This document shows, piece by piece, positions 19,695 to 33,461 of a stretch of DNA of 64,000 nucleotides. The notes below the pieces were generated by a model. That model saw only the letters and a list, made by a program, of their open reading frames with translations. It was not told where the DNA came from and made no database searches. Position numbers and translations under genes: made by a program. Source of the DNA: an uncultured Gemmatimonadales bacterium (GTDB lineage Bacteria; Gemmatimonadota; Gemmatimonadetes; Gemmatimonadales; GWC2-71-9); assembly GCA_963779755.1 (NCBI GenBank), contig CAVZZO010000001.1:1024001-1088000 (forward strand). Reading direction: 5' to 3'. The first letter of the stretch is position 1; each line of letters begins with the position of its first letter.

Positions 19695-20480
19695 TCACGC
19701 CGCCCCGGGGCTCACCGTGAGGGACGCGGCGTGGCGGTAGCGCTCGACCACCTCGCCGATGGGGCCGTGGGCGTGGACCCGGCCCTGTTCCAGCCAGGCG
19801 CCGCGGGTGCAGAGGTCCTGCACCGTCGCCAGATCGTGCGTAACCACCACCAGGGTGCCGCCGCCAGCCCGGAAGGCATGGAGCCGTTCCAGGCAGCGCT
19901 CGCGGAAGTTCTGGTCGCCCACCGCCAGGACTTCGTCCAGCAGAAGGATGTCCGGAGCGACCGAGACGGCGACCGAAAACGCGAGGCGCGCCTGCATGCC
20001 GGAGGAGTAGTACTTCACCGGCTCGTCGATGAAGTCCCCCAGCTCCGCGAAAGCGACGATTTCCGGAAGCCGCGTGCGGATTTCCGGCCGGCCGAGTCCC
20101 ATGACGGCGGCGTAGATCGACGCGTTCTCCCGCCCGGTCAGCTCGGGGTTGAAGCCCACCCCCAGCTCGATGACCGCCGCGATCCGGCCGCAGGTGGTCA
20201 CCACTCCTTCGGTCGGGGGGTAGATGCCTGCGATGAGCCGGAGGGCGGTGCTCTTGCCCGAGCCGTTGGGACCGATGAGCGCCACGGATTCTCCCCGCGC
20301 GATGCGGAGGTTGAGGCCGGACAGGGTGAACGTGGCCTGGCGCACGTGGATGGGCCGTCGCAGCACGGAGCGGATGAAGAATTCCCGCAGAGACGTGGTC
20401 CGGTGCTCGTAGTGATAGAACCGCTTCACCACGTTGCGGCACTCCACCGCCGGGGCGGAACGCTCAGGCGATTTCGGCAA
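19695..20480 (-). CDS. wzt: polysaccharide ABC exporter ATPase (Wzt/TagH-like, no C-terminal carbohydrate-binding domain)
   Basis: GPNGSGKST, GFNPELTGREN, YSSGMQARLAF, LLDEVLAVGD. Confidence 0.93.
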   Translation of the reverse strand: MPKSPERSAPAVECRNVVKRFYHYEHRTTSLREFFIRSVLRRPIHVRQATFTLSGLNLRIARGESVALIGPNGSGKSTALRLIAGIYPPTEGVVTTCGRIAAVIELGVGFNPELTGRENASIYAAVMGLGRPEIRTRLPEIVAFAELGDFIDEPVKYYSSGMQARLAFSVAVSVAPDILLLDEVLAVGDQNFRERCLERLHAFRAGGGTLVVVTHDLATVQDLCTRGAWLEQGRVHAHGPIGEVVERYRHAASLTVSPGAA

Positions 20481-21285
20481 AGAGCACCTTGTAGCGGTTG
20501 AACACCAGGTAGCCCAGGACGAACAGGATCAGCGTCGTGGCGGCGGTCTCCGCCACCAGTCCTGCGGCCGGCCAGTGGCCCTGATACAGCACGGTGTGGA
20601 AGCAGCTGAGCAGCCCGGCGATCGGATTCAGCAGGTAGAGGCCGCGGAACCGCTCAGGAACCAGCGAGGCGGCGTAGAAGACCGGAGAGACGTAGAACAG
20701 CATCAGCAGCACGATGGGCAACGCGTGCTGGACGTCGTCATAGAAGACGGCCAGGGTGGCCAGCGGCATCATGAACGCCGCTGCCAGCACGATCATGATC
20801 AGCAACAGGAGCGGCAGCAGCAGGAACGATGCGGGGATGCCGTGGTGGTGGAACAGCACCAGCAGGCCCACCGCCACTGCCATTTCAACGGCAAACTCCA
20901 CCAGCCGGCCCGCCGCCGCGGCGAGGATCAGCACTTCACTGGGAAAGGCCACGCTCCGGCGGAGCGCGGCATGCTCCCGCACCACATAGGCGCTCGCGCT
21001 CAGCATCTGCAGCAGGTAGTTCCAGACAAAATACCCGCTCAGCAGGAAGGCCCAGTAGTCGGGAATGCGGATCTTCACGATGTAATGGAAGACCAGGATC
21101 AGCACCGCCACCGTCAGCAGGGGATTGAGCAGCGTCCACACGAACCCCAGAACGCTGCGCTGGTACTTCACCTTCAGATGGCGGACCACCAGGCTGCGCA
21201 TCAGCTCGCGGTAGCGCCACAGCTCCGCCGCCAACGGTCGCCGCCGGGCGCTGGAGGCGCCGGTACGGGCAACGATGCTGGTCAT
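20464..21285 (-). CDS. wzm: polysaccharide ABC exporter permease (Wzm/TagG-like)
   Basis: LKVKYQRSVLGFVWTLLNPL, FYVSPVFY, LNPI. Confidence 0.93.
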   Translation of the reverse strand: MTSIVARTGASSARRRPLAAELWRYRELMRSLVVRHLKVKYQRSVLGFVWTLLNPLLTVAVLILVFHYIVKIRIPDYWAFLLSGYFVWNYLLQMLSASAYVVREHAALRRSVAFPSEVLILAAAAGRLVEFAVEMAVAVGLLVLFHHHGIPASFLLLPLLLLIMIVLAAAFMMPLATLAVFYDDVQHALPIVLLMLFYVSPVFYAASLVPERFRGLYLLNPIAGLLSCFHTVLYQGHWPAAGLVAETAATTLILFVLGYLVFNRYKVLFAEIA

Positions 21286-22256
21286 GAGGCGCGGCTCCGG
21301 CGGCGCGCCGCCTCGCGCCGTGCCGCCGGATAGGCAAAGAGGCCCACCCAGCAGGCGCCCCATACCCGCCAGAGCAGCCGTGCGGGGAGCGGATCGTGCC
21401 CCCGGGCGCGGCGAAGCAGGCGGGCCCCGGGTTTGAGCAGGCGCCAGGCGAGAAAGCCCGCGACGGGCGGCCCCGAGCTGAGCGCATGTTTGCTGAGCCA
21501 GGCGACCAGCGCCCGCTGGTGGCCGGCGATCTGGGCGCTCGCCGCGGCCAGATCGCAGCGGTGCCGGTGCACCGCGCGAACCGCGGGATCGTAGCGGACC
21601 TGGTGCCCCGCCCGCAGGACCCGCCAGAGCAGGTCGTGATCACCGCCGCCGGGGAGGCGGGCGCCCAGATCCAGCGCTTCATCGAAGCCGCCCAGGTCCA
21701 GCGCCACCGACCGGCGCACCGCCATGCTGCAGCCGCTGCCGACGCTTACCGCCCACGCGATCAGGGGGGCGCGGCGGCCATGGAGCCGCCGCCGGGAAGC
21801 ATCGGCGGGAAGCAGAATGCTTTCTTCGCCCCGGTCGAACCCGCCGTTCGCCTCGAACAGCCGCTGCGCGTCGGTCTCCAGCTCCAGCGTCTGGATCCGG
21901 CCGGTCACCAGCGCCACGCCGGGAGCCGACGCGAACGCGGCCGCGAGATGCGCGCCCCAGTCGGGCGTGGCGAGCGCATCGTCGTCGAGAAACGCGACGA
22001 TGTCGCCGCGGGCCGCGGCGAGCGCGCGGTTGCGGGCGAAATCCAGGCCGGGCGCCGGCTCGAGCAGGTAACGCGCGCCGGGGAACTCGGTCTCGACCAG
22101 ACGGCGCGTCCGGTCGTCGGCGGGCGCGTTATCCACCACCAGGATTTCGCGCAGCGGCGGCTGCTGCGCCGCCAGCGAGCGCAGCGCCTCCCGCAGCAGG
22201 GCGGGGCGATCGCGGGTGCAGACCGCGGCGCTGAGGCTTCCAGGCGTCAGCGCCAC
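21282..22256 (-). CDS. glycosyltransferase family 2
   Basis: VCTRDRP, VVDNAP, GLDFARN, FLDDD, GGGD; GTG start inferred. Confidence 0.9.
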   Translation of the reverse strand: MALTPGSLSAAVCTRDRPALLREALRSLAAQQPPLREILVVDNAPADDRTRRLVETEFPGARYLLEPAPGLDFARNRALAAARGDIVAFLDDDALATPDWGAHLAAAFASAPGVALVTGRIQTLELETDAQRLFEANGGFDRGEESILLPADASRRRLHGRRAPLIAWAVSVGSGCSMAVRRSVALDLGGFDEALDLGARLPGGGDHDLLWRVLRAGHQVRYDPAVRAVHRHRCDLAAASAQIAGHQRALVAWLSKHALSSGPPVAGFLAWRLLKPGARLLRRARGHDPLPARLLWRVWGACWVGLFAYPAARREAARRRSRAS

Positions 22257-23197
22257 AGCGGCCTCAATCCCGTGGGCGAGCGGTCCTGCCCGCCGCCGAG
22301 CCAGCGGCCCCCGCCGACCATGAACCCGACGGCCCAGGCCAGGCGCGCCGCCAGAATAGCGGGAGCGCAGACCAACGCGTCCCAGCGCCGGGCCCGGATC
22401 CAGGCGCCGGTCACATAGATCGCTTCGATGCCCGCGCGCGGGAGGGCCAGGCAGAGGGCCAGGCGGGGATGGCGGTAGAGCCAGGGCAGGCGGACGGCGG
22501 GAGCATTCGCCTTGCTCTCCAGCGCGCTGTAGCCCCAGCGATAGGCCCGTCGCAGCAGGTTGCCCCATCCCGGCCGGTTGCGATGCTCCACCGTAGCTTC
22601 GGGGACGAACCGGATTGTCTGGCCCGCGCGCCGGGCGGCGTATTGCCAGGCAAGCTCCTCGTGTCCGTCCGCGGCGGGATGGATCTCGGCAAAGCCGCCG
22701 CTGGCCCCGAAGACATCACGGCGCACGCTGAGGTTGGCGGGCGGGTGGTTGGCGACGCTGCCGGACGGTCTGCCGGGGTGGACGTGATAGGCGCTGGACA
22801 GGTAATCGCAGCGTGCGCTCAGCGGGGCGGAAGGGGGAAGCGCCAGCGAACCGCCCACCAGCGCCGCGCCGTGGGCGTGGGCCGCCAGGATAGCCTCCAG
22901 CCATCCCGTGCGGGGACGGCAATCCGCGTCCAGAAAGATCAGGGGATCGCCCACGGCCAGCTCGGCTCCGCGGTTGCGGGCTGCCCCCGGGTTGCCCGGC
23001 CCTTCGAGTCGCAGAACCCGGGCTCCGGCCGCCGCCGCGCCGGCGCCGGTCGCGTCGGTCGAGCCGTCATCCACCACGATCACCTCGACCGGCACGGAGC
23101 GGGCAGCGGCCCGCACCGCGCGGACCGTCGCCGCGATGGTCGCGGCCTCGTTCCGCGCCGGAATGATCACCGAGACCAACAACGGCTCAGCCGGCAT
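22247..23197 (-). CDS. glycosyltransferase family 2
   Basis: SVIIPARNE, VVDDGSTD, ARNRG, FLDAD. Confidence 0.92.
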   Translation of the reverse strand: MPAEPLLVSVIIPARNEAATIAATVRAVRAAARSVPVEVIVVDDGSTDATGAGAAAAGARVLRLEGPGNPGAARNRGAELAVGDPLIFLDADCRPRTGWLEAILAAHAHGAALVGGSLALPPSAPLSARCDYLSSAYHVHPGRPSGSVANHPPANLSVRRDVFGASGGFAEIHPAADGHEELAWQYAARRAGQTIRFVPEATVEHRNRPGWGNLLRRAYRWGYSALESKANAPAVRLPWLYRHPRLALCLALPRAGIEAIYVTGAWIRARRWDALVCAPAILAARLAWAVGFMVGGGRWLGGGQDRSPTGLRPLWR

Positions 23198-24407
23198 GGG
23201 CAACGCGTTCAGTGGACGGCAGGATGGTGCCGTACAGCTCTTCCACCGTCTGAAGGAAATCGTCCCATCCCAGCCGCTCCGCCGCCCAGCTTCCGGCCGC
23301 TTCCGCCAGCCGGCTCTGCTCCGCCGGGTCGGCCAGCAGGTCGGCGATCGCCGACCCCAGCGCCTCGGGCTCGGGACGAACCAGTCGGGCCAGGCGTTCA
23401 TCCAGTACCGAGCGATGGGTGGGAATGTCGGTCGCGACGATCGGCCGGGCCGCGGCCAGGTAGTCGAAGATCTTGAGCGGGAGATTGCCGCCGTAGGTAC
23501 GGGGGGAAACCAGCACGTCCGCCAGCGCGAGATAGGCGGGCACCCGGTCGCGCGGCTGCCGTTCGATCAGGCGGACCTGCGACAGTGGCATCTCCGCCGG
23601 GAATCGCCGGCGCAGCGAGTCGCGCGTGCCGGGCTCGGCACCTACCAGCACCAGGACGGCGCCGGGGTAGCGCTGGAGCACCCAGGGCATGGCGCGGGCC
23701 AGGAGCCCGATTCCCTGGTAGGTCTCGAACGTTCCACAATACAGGACCACGGGCTGTCCCGGCGCCAGCCGTAGCTGTTCCCGCAAATGCGACTGGTCAC
23801 CCGGCGCCGGCCGGCCGTTATGGGCCGCGAATCGCCATTCGCGCACCGGTGTGTTCGGCGCCAGCCGGCGAACCCGCTCACCGAGACCCGTGCTGCATAC
23901 CACGGCGTCGGCGCCCCGCACCAGCCACCGTTCCAGTTCGCCCGCCCAGATTCGAAGGGGGGGCAGGTTAAAGGGAAAATGGCAGGTCAACTGTTCGGAC
24001 ATGCTCGAGTGCATGTCATAGACCACAGCCGCACCGTATCGCCGCCCCCACAGGACGGCGGGGTAGGCGGCTTCCTCCACGGCGTGGACCAGGCGGTACC
24101 GCCCGGTCCGCAGGAGCGTCCGGAGCCGGGGAACCAGGGAACTGTCGAGGGCGAGCTTGCGGAAGGAGAGCCCGATGGGAACCCGGCGAAGCCCCAGCGG
24201 GTTGGGGGCGCGGAGCAGCCGTACCCCGGGCAAGTCCGGCGTCTCACCAATGGGATAGGTGAGCAGGTCGACCCCGTACGACAGCCGGACCAGGGCTTTT
24301 ACCAGTTGACGCACACAAATCGGCGTGCCCCGGTCTTCATAGAAAGGCTGGGGGGCCACCACCAGGACGCGATCGAGCGGAACTCCCCGAATCGCCGGGC
24401 CCATCAT
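23187..24407 (-). CDS. glycosyltransferase family 4
   Basis: APQPFYEDRGTP, YCGTFETYQGI, ADVLVSPR, PLKIFDYLAA. Confidence 0.92.
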   Translation of the reverse strand: MMGPAIRGVPLDRVLVVAPQPFYEDRGTPICVRQLVKALVRLSYGVDLLTYPIGETPDLPGVRLLRAPNPLGLRRVPIGLSFRKLALDSSLVPRLRTLLRTGRYRLVHAVEEAAYPAVLWGRRYGAAVVYDMHSSMSEQLTCHFPFNLPPLRIWAGELERWLVRGADAVVCSTGLGERVRRLAPNTPVREWRFAAHNGRPAPGDQSHLREQLRLAPGQPVVLYCGTFETYQGIGLLARAMPWVLQRYPGAVLVLVGAEPGTRDSLRRRFPAEMPLSQVRLIERQPRDRVPAYLALADVLVSPRTYGGNLPLKIFDYLAAARPIVATDIPTHRSVLDERLARLVRPEPEALGSAIADLLADPAEQSRLAEAAGSWAAERLGWDDFLQTVEELYGTILPSTERVAHAG

Positions 24408-24585
24408 GCTATTTCCGGTCTGCCCGCAGGGCAGCCAAGCTGAAGAGCATTCAGGGAACCACCTGCCGTGCGCAAGAAGCGAGCCGTCTAGAATTCTCCT
24501 TGCCGGGCAGCCAGCACAGGCCAGCCCAGCGTGGCACCAGAATGCACTATGGGCCACGGCCGGCCTATGACACGGAACACAGACC

Positions 24586-25422
24586 TCAGAAACGGGCTTG
24601 CTGCAGGCGGGCGAGGAGCCGGGCCGCCTCTGAGCGGACCCTGGGGTTGGGGCTGGCAAGACCGGCAGAGAGAGCCGGCCGGGCGCGGGGGCCGATCTGA
24701 AGGAGGGTCGTGGCTGCTCCGTCACGGAGCAGGGAATCCCGGCTGCCCAGGGCGGTTACCAGAGACAGCTGGATGTCGGAAGATCCCCCAGCCAGGGTCA
24801 ACTGCTCGATGGCCTCCTGACGCAGAGCGGTGTCGGTGCTGCTCAGCTGGTCCAGGAGCGGGTTGCTCCGGCGGGTGGCGGTGGGGAGCCGGGCGATCCT
24901 GCCGATGGCCCAGTTGATCATCCTGGTGGTCTGCGGGTCGATTTCCTTATCCAGGGCGCGCTGCAGGTCGGGCAGGGCCGGCTGCGCCTGCAGCCCGGCG
25001 ACCCCCAGGCCGTAGGCCGCCCGGCGCCGAACCTCGGGCCGGGAGCTGTGGAGCGCCGACCGAAGCGGTGCCAGGCCGGTGGGCGCCAGGTGCCCCAGGG
25101 TCCACGCGGCCAGGTTGCCGGTCGAATCGTCGCGCGCCTGGAGAAGACCGGCGACGGGGCCGACGTACGGGCCGGCCGCGTCACCGTAGGTCGCGAGGGC
25201 CGCGAGCGCCTGCCGTCGCTCTTCGAGTGTGCCCCGGCCCAGCTGGTGTGCCCAGTATGCCACGGGGTGGCGGTCGGCGGTGTCGGGGGAAGCGGCGCTG
25301 CTGTCGCCGGAGAGGGAATCCTGGTCGGCTGCTGGCCGCGGCGGTCCGGAGCACGCCGCGCCGGCCGCCAGCACCAGCGACAGAATCACTGCTGCGGGCA
25401 GCCGCAGCGGACGAGCGCTCAC
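24586..25422 (-). CDS. HEAT-repeat lipoprotein
   Basis: Lipobox-like GAAC after hydrophobic stretch; repeats PEVRRRAAYGLG, PRVRSEAARLL. Confidence 0.8.
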   Translation of the reverse strand: MSARPLRLPAAVILSLVLAAGAACSGPPRPAADQDSLSGDSSAASPDTADRHPVAYWAHQLGRGTLEERRQALAALATYGDAAGPYVGPVAGLLQARDDSTGNLAAWTLGHLAPTGLAPLRSALHSSRPEVRRRAAYGLGVAGLQAQPALPDLQRALDKEIDPQTTRMINWAIGRIARLPTATRRSNPLLDQLSSTDTALRQEAIEQLTLAGGSSDIQLSLVTALGSRDSLLRDGAATTLLQIGPRARPALSAGLASPNPRVRSEAARLLARLQQARF

Positions 25423-26582
25423 TTCAGCATCAGCTTGGCGATGGTCTGCAGCTGCATGTTGCTGGTCCCCTCATAGATGGTGCCGATCTTGGCGTCGCGG
25501 TAGAACTTCTCCACCGGATATTCCCGGGTATACCCGAAGCCACCGAACAGCTCCAGAGCGAGCGAGGTGACCCGTTCGGCGACCTGCGAGGCGTAGAGCT
25601 TGGCCATGGCGGCCTGCTGGGTGAAGACCTGGCCGGCGTCGCGCAGGCGGGCCGCGTTGTACACCATGAGACGGGCGGCTTCCAGTTCGGTGGCGGCCTG
25701 CGCCAGCTGGAACTGGACGCCCTGGAACTCGGCAATGGTCTTCCCGAACGCCTGGCGCTCCTTGACGTACGCGGTAGCGGCATCAAGCGCCCCGCGGGCC
25801 ACGCCGATCATCTGCGCGCCGATGCCGATGCGGCCCTCGTTGAGGGTTTCGATGGAGACCTTGTAGCCCTGGCCCACGGGGCCGAGCACGTTGGCGGCCG
25901 GAACCGGGCAGTTCTCCAGGATGAGCTCGGTGGTGCTGGAGGCCTTGATGCCCAGCTTGTGCTCGCGCTTGCCGACCGTGAAGCCGGGGAAATCGCGCTC
26001 CACCAGGAAAGCAGTGATCCCCTTATAGCCCAGGGAAGGGTCGACCGTCGCGAAGACGATGAAGAACTCCGCCTCGGCGCCGTTGGTGATCCACATCTTC
26101 TGTCCATTTAGCACCCAGGCACCGTCGCGCTCCTCGGCGCGGCACTGCAGGGCGAAGGCATCGCTGCCGCTGTTGGGCTCGGAGAGGGCATAGGCCCCGA
26201 GGAGGTCGCTGGCGAGACGGGGCAGGTAGCGCGCGCGCTGCTCGTCATTGGCCCAGCGGAGCACGCAGTTGTTCACCAGGGTATTGTGCACATCCACGTA
26301 GATGGCCGACGCCGGATCGGTCTGCGACATCGCCTCGATGGCCAGGACACAGAGAAAGAGATTTCCTCCGGCGCCGCCGAACCGTTCGGGAATCTCGATG
26401 GCCATCAGGCCCTGTTCGAAGAACTTCCGGATGAGCTCAGGCTTGAAGATGCCCGCCTCGTCCATCTCGTGCACGTGCGGCGCGATTTCCTGCTCGGTGA
26501 ACTCCCGGATGGTGGAGCGGAACAGCTCCTCCTCCTCCGAGAGCATGGTCAGGGCGGGCACGCTGGCGGTCAGTTCCTGCAT
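25419..26582 (-). CDS. acyl-CoA dehydrogenase (short/branched-chain type)
   Basis: ALSEPNSGSD, LNGQKMWITNG, KLGIKAS, RQAFGK, IYEGTSN. Confidence 0.96.
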   Translation of the reverse strand: MQELTASVPALTMLSEEEELFRSTIREFTEQEIAPHVHEMDEAGIFKPELIRKFFEQGLMAIEIPERFGGAGGNLFLCVLAIEAMSQTDPASAIYVDVHNTLVNNCVLRWANDEQRARYLPRLASDLLGAYALSEPNSGSDAFALQCRAEERDGAWVLNGQKMWITNGAEAEFFIVFATVDPSLGYKGITAFLVERDFPGFTVGKREHKLGIKASSTTELILENCPVPAANVLGPVGQGYKVSIETLNEGRIGIGAQMIGVARGALDAATAYVKERQAFGKTIAEFQGVQFQLAQAATELEAARLMVYNAARLRDAGQVFTQQAAMAKLYASQVAERVTSLALELFGGFGYTREYPVEKFYRDAKIGTIYEGTSNMQLQTIAKLMLK

Positions 26583-26636
26583 GATTTGCTCCGGAGGATA
26601 GCGTAGGCCGCCCGGTATGGCAGCGGCGGCTGCCAG

Positions 26637-26665
26637 ATTATACCTCCGCGCGGGAAGGCGTTCAA
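26637..26665 (-). promoter_or_regulatory. putative sigma70 promoter of acyl-CoA dehydrogenase
   Basis: Minus strand TTGAAC-N17-TATAAT. Confidence 0.65.
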
Positions 26666-26734
26666 CGGCGGGTGCAGCGGAGCTCCCGGGGCCGTGGACA
26701 GGCTCCGGTGGCTCGGGCTAGGTTCCGTGCTCTC

Positions 26735-27607
26735 ATGACCGCCCAGCCAGCCGGTCCGTCCAGCCACCTGCTTCACCGCCTCCGTGCCCCCGAGCCTCTC
26801 GTGGCGGTCGAGCTGCGGCCGCCCCGCACCGGGCTTGCCGCCGGCGAGAGCATGGATCTCTGGATCGACCTCTATCATGCCATCGCCCGCCTGGCGCGAC
26901 GGGACACTCACATTTTCCTGACGGACAATGCCGTGGGTCAGGCGGAGGAGGAGAACCTCGGCCACCTGATGTCGAACCTGGCGGGGGATGTCCCGCCGGC
27001 CCGGGTGGCGCCGTTCCTCACCTGCAAGCATACGCTGGAGTATTGCCTGCTCTATGCGGGCCGCGCCGCCGCGTACGGCATCGAGGCGATGACCGTGGTG
27101 GGGGGCGATTCAACGGGCGGCATTCCCCGGTGCGTGCCCCACGCCTATCTCCTGCGCCAGGCCATCCGGCAGCGCCTGCCGGGACTGACGCTGGGCGGCT
27201 GGGTGAATCCTCATGCCGATCCGGATCAGCAGATCGATTACCTGGTGCGCGAGGGTGCGGAGGCGGATTACTACCTGACGCAGATCGTGTCCCACCACGA
27301 TCTGCCGCGGATTGAGCGGTTTCTGGCCCGGGCCGGGCAACGCGGGGTAGCGACGCCCGGGGTCTTCGGCGTGTTCTTCTACCGCAGTGCCAACCCCCGC
27401 ACCCTGGCCCAGCTGGGGCACTACCTCCCGGTGCCGGCCGAGGGCATCACGAGGGAGTTCCAGGCGGGCCTGTCGGCCACCGATATCTGCGCCCGCACCA
27501 TCCGGGTGCTCCGGGAGGCCGGGGCGGAGAAGGTGTACGTCTGTAATCTGGGGTTTCAGCAGGTCGCGCGGCGCTATCAGGAGCTCATCGAACGGCTGGA
27601 GGGCTGA
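26735..27607 (+). CDS. divergent methylenetetrahydrofolate reductase (MetF)-like protein
   Basis: VELRPPR, LTDN, LTCK, GGD, LTQIV approximate the MTHFR barrel motifs. Confidence 0.7.
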   Translation: MTAQPAGPSSHLLHRLRAPEPLVAVELRPPRTGLAAGESMDLWIDLYHAIARLARRDTHIFLTDNAVGQAEEENLGHLMSNLAGDVPPARVAPFLTCKHTLEYCLLYAGRAAAYGIEAMTVVGGDSTGGIPRCVPHAYLLRQAIRQRLPGLTLGGWVNPHADPDQQIDYLVREGAEADYYLTQIVSHHDLPRIERFLARAGQRGVATPGVFGVFFYRSANPRTLAQLGHYLPVPAEGITREFQAGLSATDICARTIRVLREAGAEKVYVCNLGFQQVARRYQELIERLEG

Positions 27608-29427
27608 ACCGGCCGGCCAGGACTTCCAGCGCGAGCGGCACCCGGCCGAAGGGTGCGCTCACCTGGGCCCCCGCCACCGCCCCGTCCAGCGCGTCCAGGA
27701 CTTCCCGCGCGATCGCCACGCCCTCCGCCAGCGCTGCCTCGGCGCCGTGCTCCTGCGCCCCGCGCATCCGCTCCAGCGTGGCGGGCGGGATAACAATGCC
27801 GGGAACTTCGTTGGCCAGGAACTCCGCATTCCGCAGCGACAGAAAGGGCCAGAGGCCGGCCAGCACCGGCAGGCCGAGCGCCAGCACCCGGGGCAGGATA
27901 CGCACGAGCCCCGCGGCGTCGAACACCGGCTGGGTGACGATGAACTCGGCGCCTGCCTCCACCTTCCAGGCCAGCCGCTCCAGCTCGCGCTCGAGATCGC
28001 CGGCGCCCTGGTTGAACGCCACGCCGATCACGAACCGGGTGGGAGGCCCGATGCTGTTGCCCCCCGGATCGAGTCCCCGGTTGAGCTGGTGCACCACGTT
28101 GGTGAGCCCGATACTGTCGATGTCGAATACCGCCGTGGTATCGGGATAGGGCCCCATCACCGGGGGATCGCCCGTCACCAGCAGCACGTTCCTGAGCCCG
28201 ACGGCGGCAGCGCCCAGCAGGTCGCTCACCATGCCGAGCATGTTGCGATCCCGGCAGGTGTAGTGGACGATCGGCTCGATGCCCACCTCATGGCGGATCA
28301 GCATGGCCGCCGCCAGCACCCCCATACGGCTGTGGGCCCGCGGGCTGTCCAGCACGCTGACGGCATCCACGCCGGCTGCATGGAGGGTGCGCGCCTGGTC
28401 CACCAGCGCCGCGGGATCCCACCCTCTGGGCGGCAGCAGTTCGACGCTGGTCACGAATTGGCCGGCCGCCAGACGCCGCCCCAGCTCGCTCCGCTCGGCC
28501 ATCGGAGCAGGCTCCGCGGCGCGGGTTTCCGGGGCTGCCACCGCCGGCGCTCCCGGCGCGATCATGCGGGGCTGCAGGGTGGTGACGTAATCGCGGATCT
28601 TCCGGATGTGGTCCGGCGTGGTGCCGCAGCAGCCGCCCACGAAGCGCACCCCGGCCCGGATGAGACGGCGCGCGTAGCGGGCCATGTACTCGGGGCTGCT
28701 CAGGTAGATCCGCCGGTCGCCGACGGCGCGCGGGAGGCCGGCGTTGGGCTGGGCGGAGAGGGGCCGGTCGGTGGCGCCCGCCATGCGTTCCACGGCATCG
28801 AGCATGGGGACCGGGCCCACCGAGCAGTTCAGCCCCACCACGTCGGCGCCCAGGGCCGCGAGGCGGGCGGCGATGGTCTCGGCGGGCGCCCCGTAGGGTG
28901 TATCGCCGTCCTCGCCCACCGTCATCTGCGCCACGACCGGCAGGTCCGTCAGCCGGCGCACGGCGCGGAAGGCGGCCTCGATCTCGTCCAGATCGGCGAA
29001 GGTCTCCAGCACGAAGCCGTCTACCCCGCCCTCCAGCAGCCCGCTGACCTGCCGGGCGAAGAAGGCGGCGGCCTCGTCCCGGCTGGTGGGCCCCCAGGGC
29101 TCGATCCGGATGCCGAGCGGGCCGATGGCCCCCGCCACTGCGGCGCGCCCGTTGGCGGCCCGCCGGGCCAGCGCGACGGCGGCGCGGTTGATCTCCTCGG
29201 TGCGTTCTTCGAGGCCGTAGGCCGAGAGCTTCACCGGGTTGGCGCCGAAGGTGTTGGTCTCGAGTATCTCCGCCCCGGCCCGGACGTAGGCCCGGTGCAC
29301 GTCCTCCACCTGCTCCGGTTCCCGCAGGTTCAGCTCGTCATAGCAGACGTTCACGAAGATGCCGCGATCGTAGAGCATCGTGCCCATGGCCCCGTCGAAA
29401 ACATGGACCCGCCCGTCGGCGATGAAC

Positions 29428-29444
<17 letters not shown>
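27585..29444 (-). CDS. yitJ: bifunctional homocysteine S-methyltransferase / methylenetetrahydrofolate reductase (YitJ-like)
   Basis: [20 protein letters not shown]-terminal VELLPP, HYTCRD, TGDPP, TQPVFD. Confidence 0.93.
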
Positions 29445-33165
<3,721 letters not shown>

Positions 33166-33183
33166 AGTGGGCGGGGCTCCTTC

Positions 33184-33218
33184 AACACAAAGGCCTCGGG
33201 CTAAAACGGCCGCGAGGC
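33184..33218 (-). terminator. putative SAM-dependent intrinsic terminator of metH leader
   Basis: Minus strand GCCTCG(C)GGC-CGTTTTA-GCCCGAGGC followed by CTTTGTGTT. Confidence 0.5.
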
Positions 33219-33222
33219 TGCG

Positions 33223-33270
33223 TTTTAGCGGGATGTTTAACGTGGCCGCAATCAGCGCAAATCGCCACGA
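33223..33270 (-). ncRNA. SAM-II (SAM_alpha-like) riboswitch aptamer upstream of metH
   Basis: Minus strand TCGTGGCGATTTGCGCTGATTGCGGCCACGTTAAACATCCCGCTAAAA: P1 CGTGGC/GCCACG, GATTT loop, TTGC pairing with GC(T)AA, as in SAM-II pseudoknots; location fits. Confidence 0.85.
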
Positions 33271-33343
33271 ACTGGGGTCAGGATTCAGGAGTGAGGAGTG
33301 AAGGCCGCGGCCCCTCCCCTCGCCCCGCCCGACCGTATAGTCT

Positions 33344-33418
33344 GTCCTGCCGTCCTGCCGTCCTGCCGTCCTGCCGTCCTGCCGTCCTGCCGTCCTGCCG
33401 TCCTGCCGTCCTGCCGTC
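33344..33418. repeat. perfect 8-mer tandem repeat (GTCCTGCC)x9 plus GTC
   Basis: Counted directly. Confidence 0.97.
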
Positions 33419-33461
33419 TTCAGATATAGCACCGCCTCTCATCAAAGACCAGTCGCGCCCT

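Noticed and set aside
24532..24546. TGGCACCAGAATGCA as sigma54 promoter for the glycan cluster
   Set aside because: GG-GC spacing is 9 rather than 10, and it is on the wrong strand
33166..33432. N-terminal extension of the 1334-aa metH ORF with GRQDGRTA repeats
   Set aside because: It is a translation of the 8-mer microsatellite and riboswitch; RBS and homology point to GTG 33165
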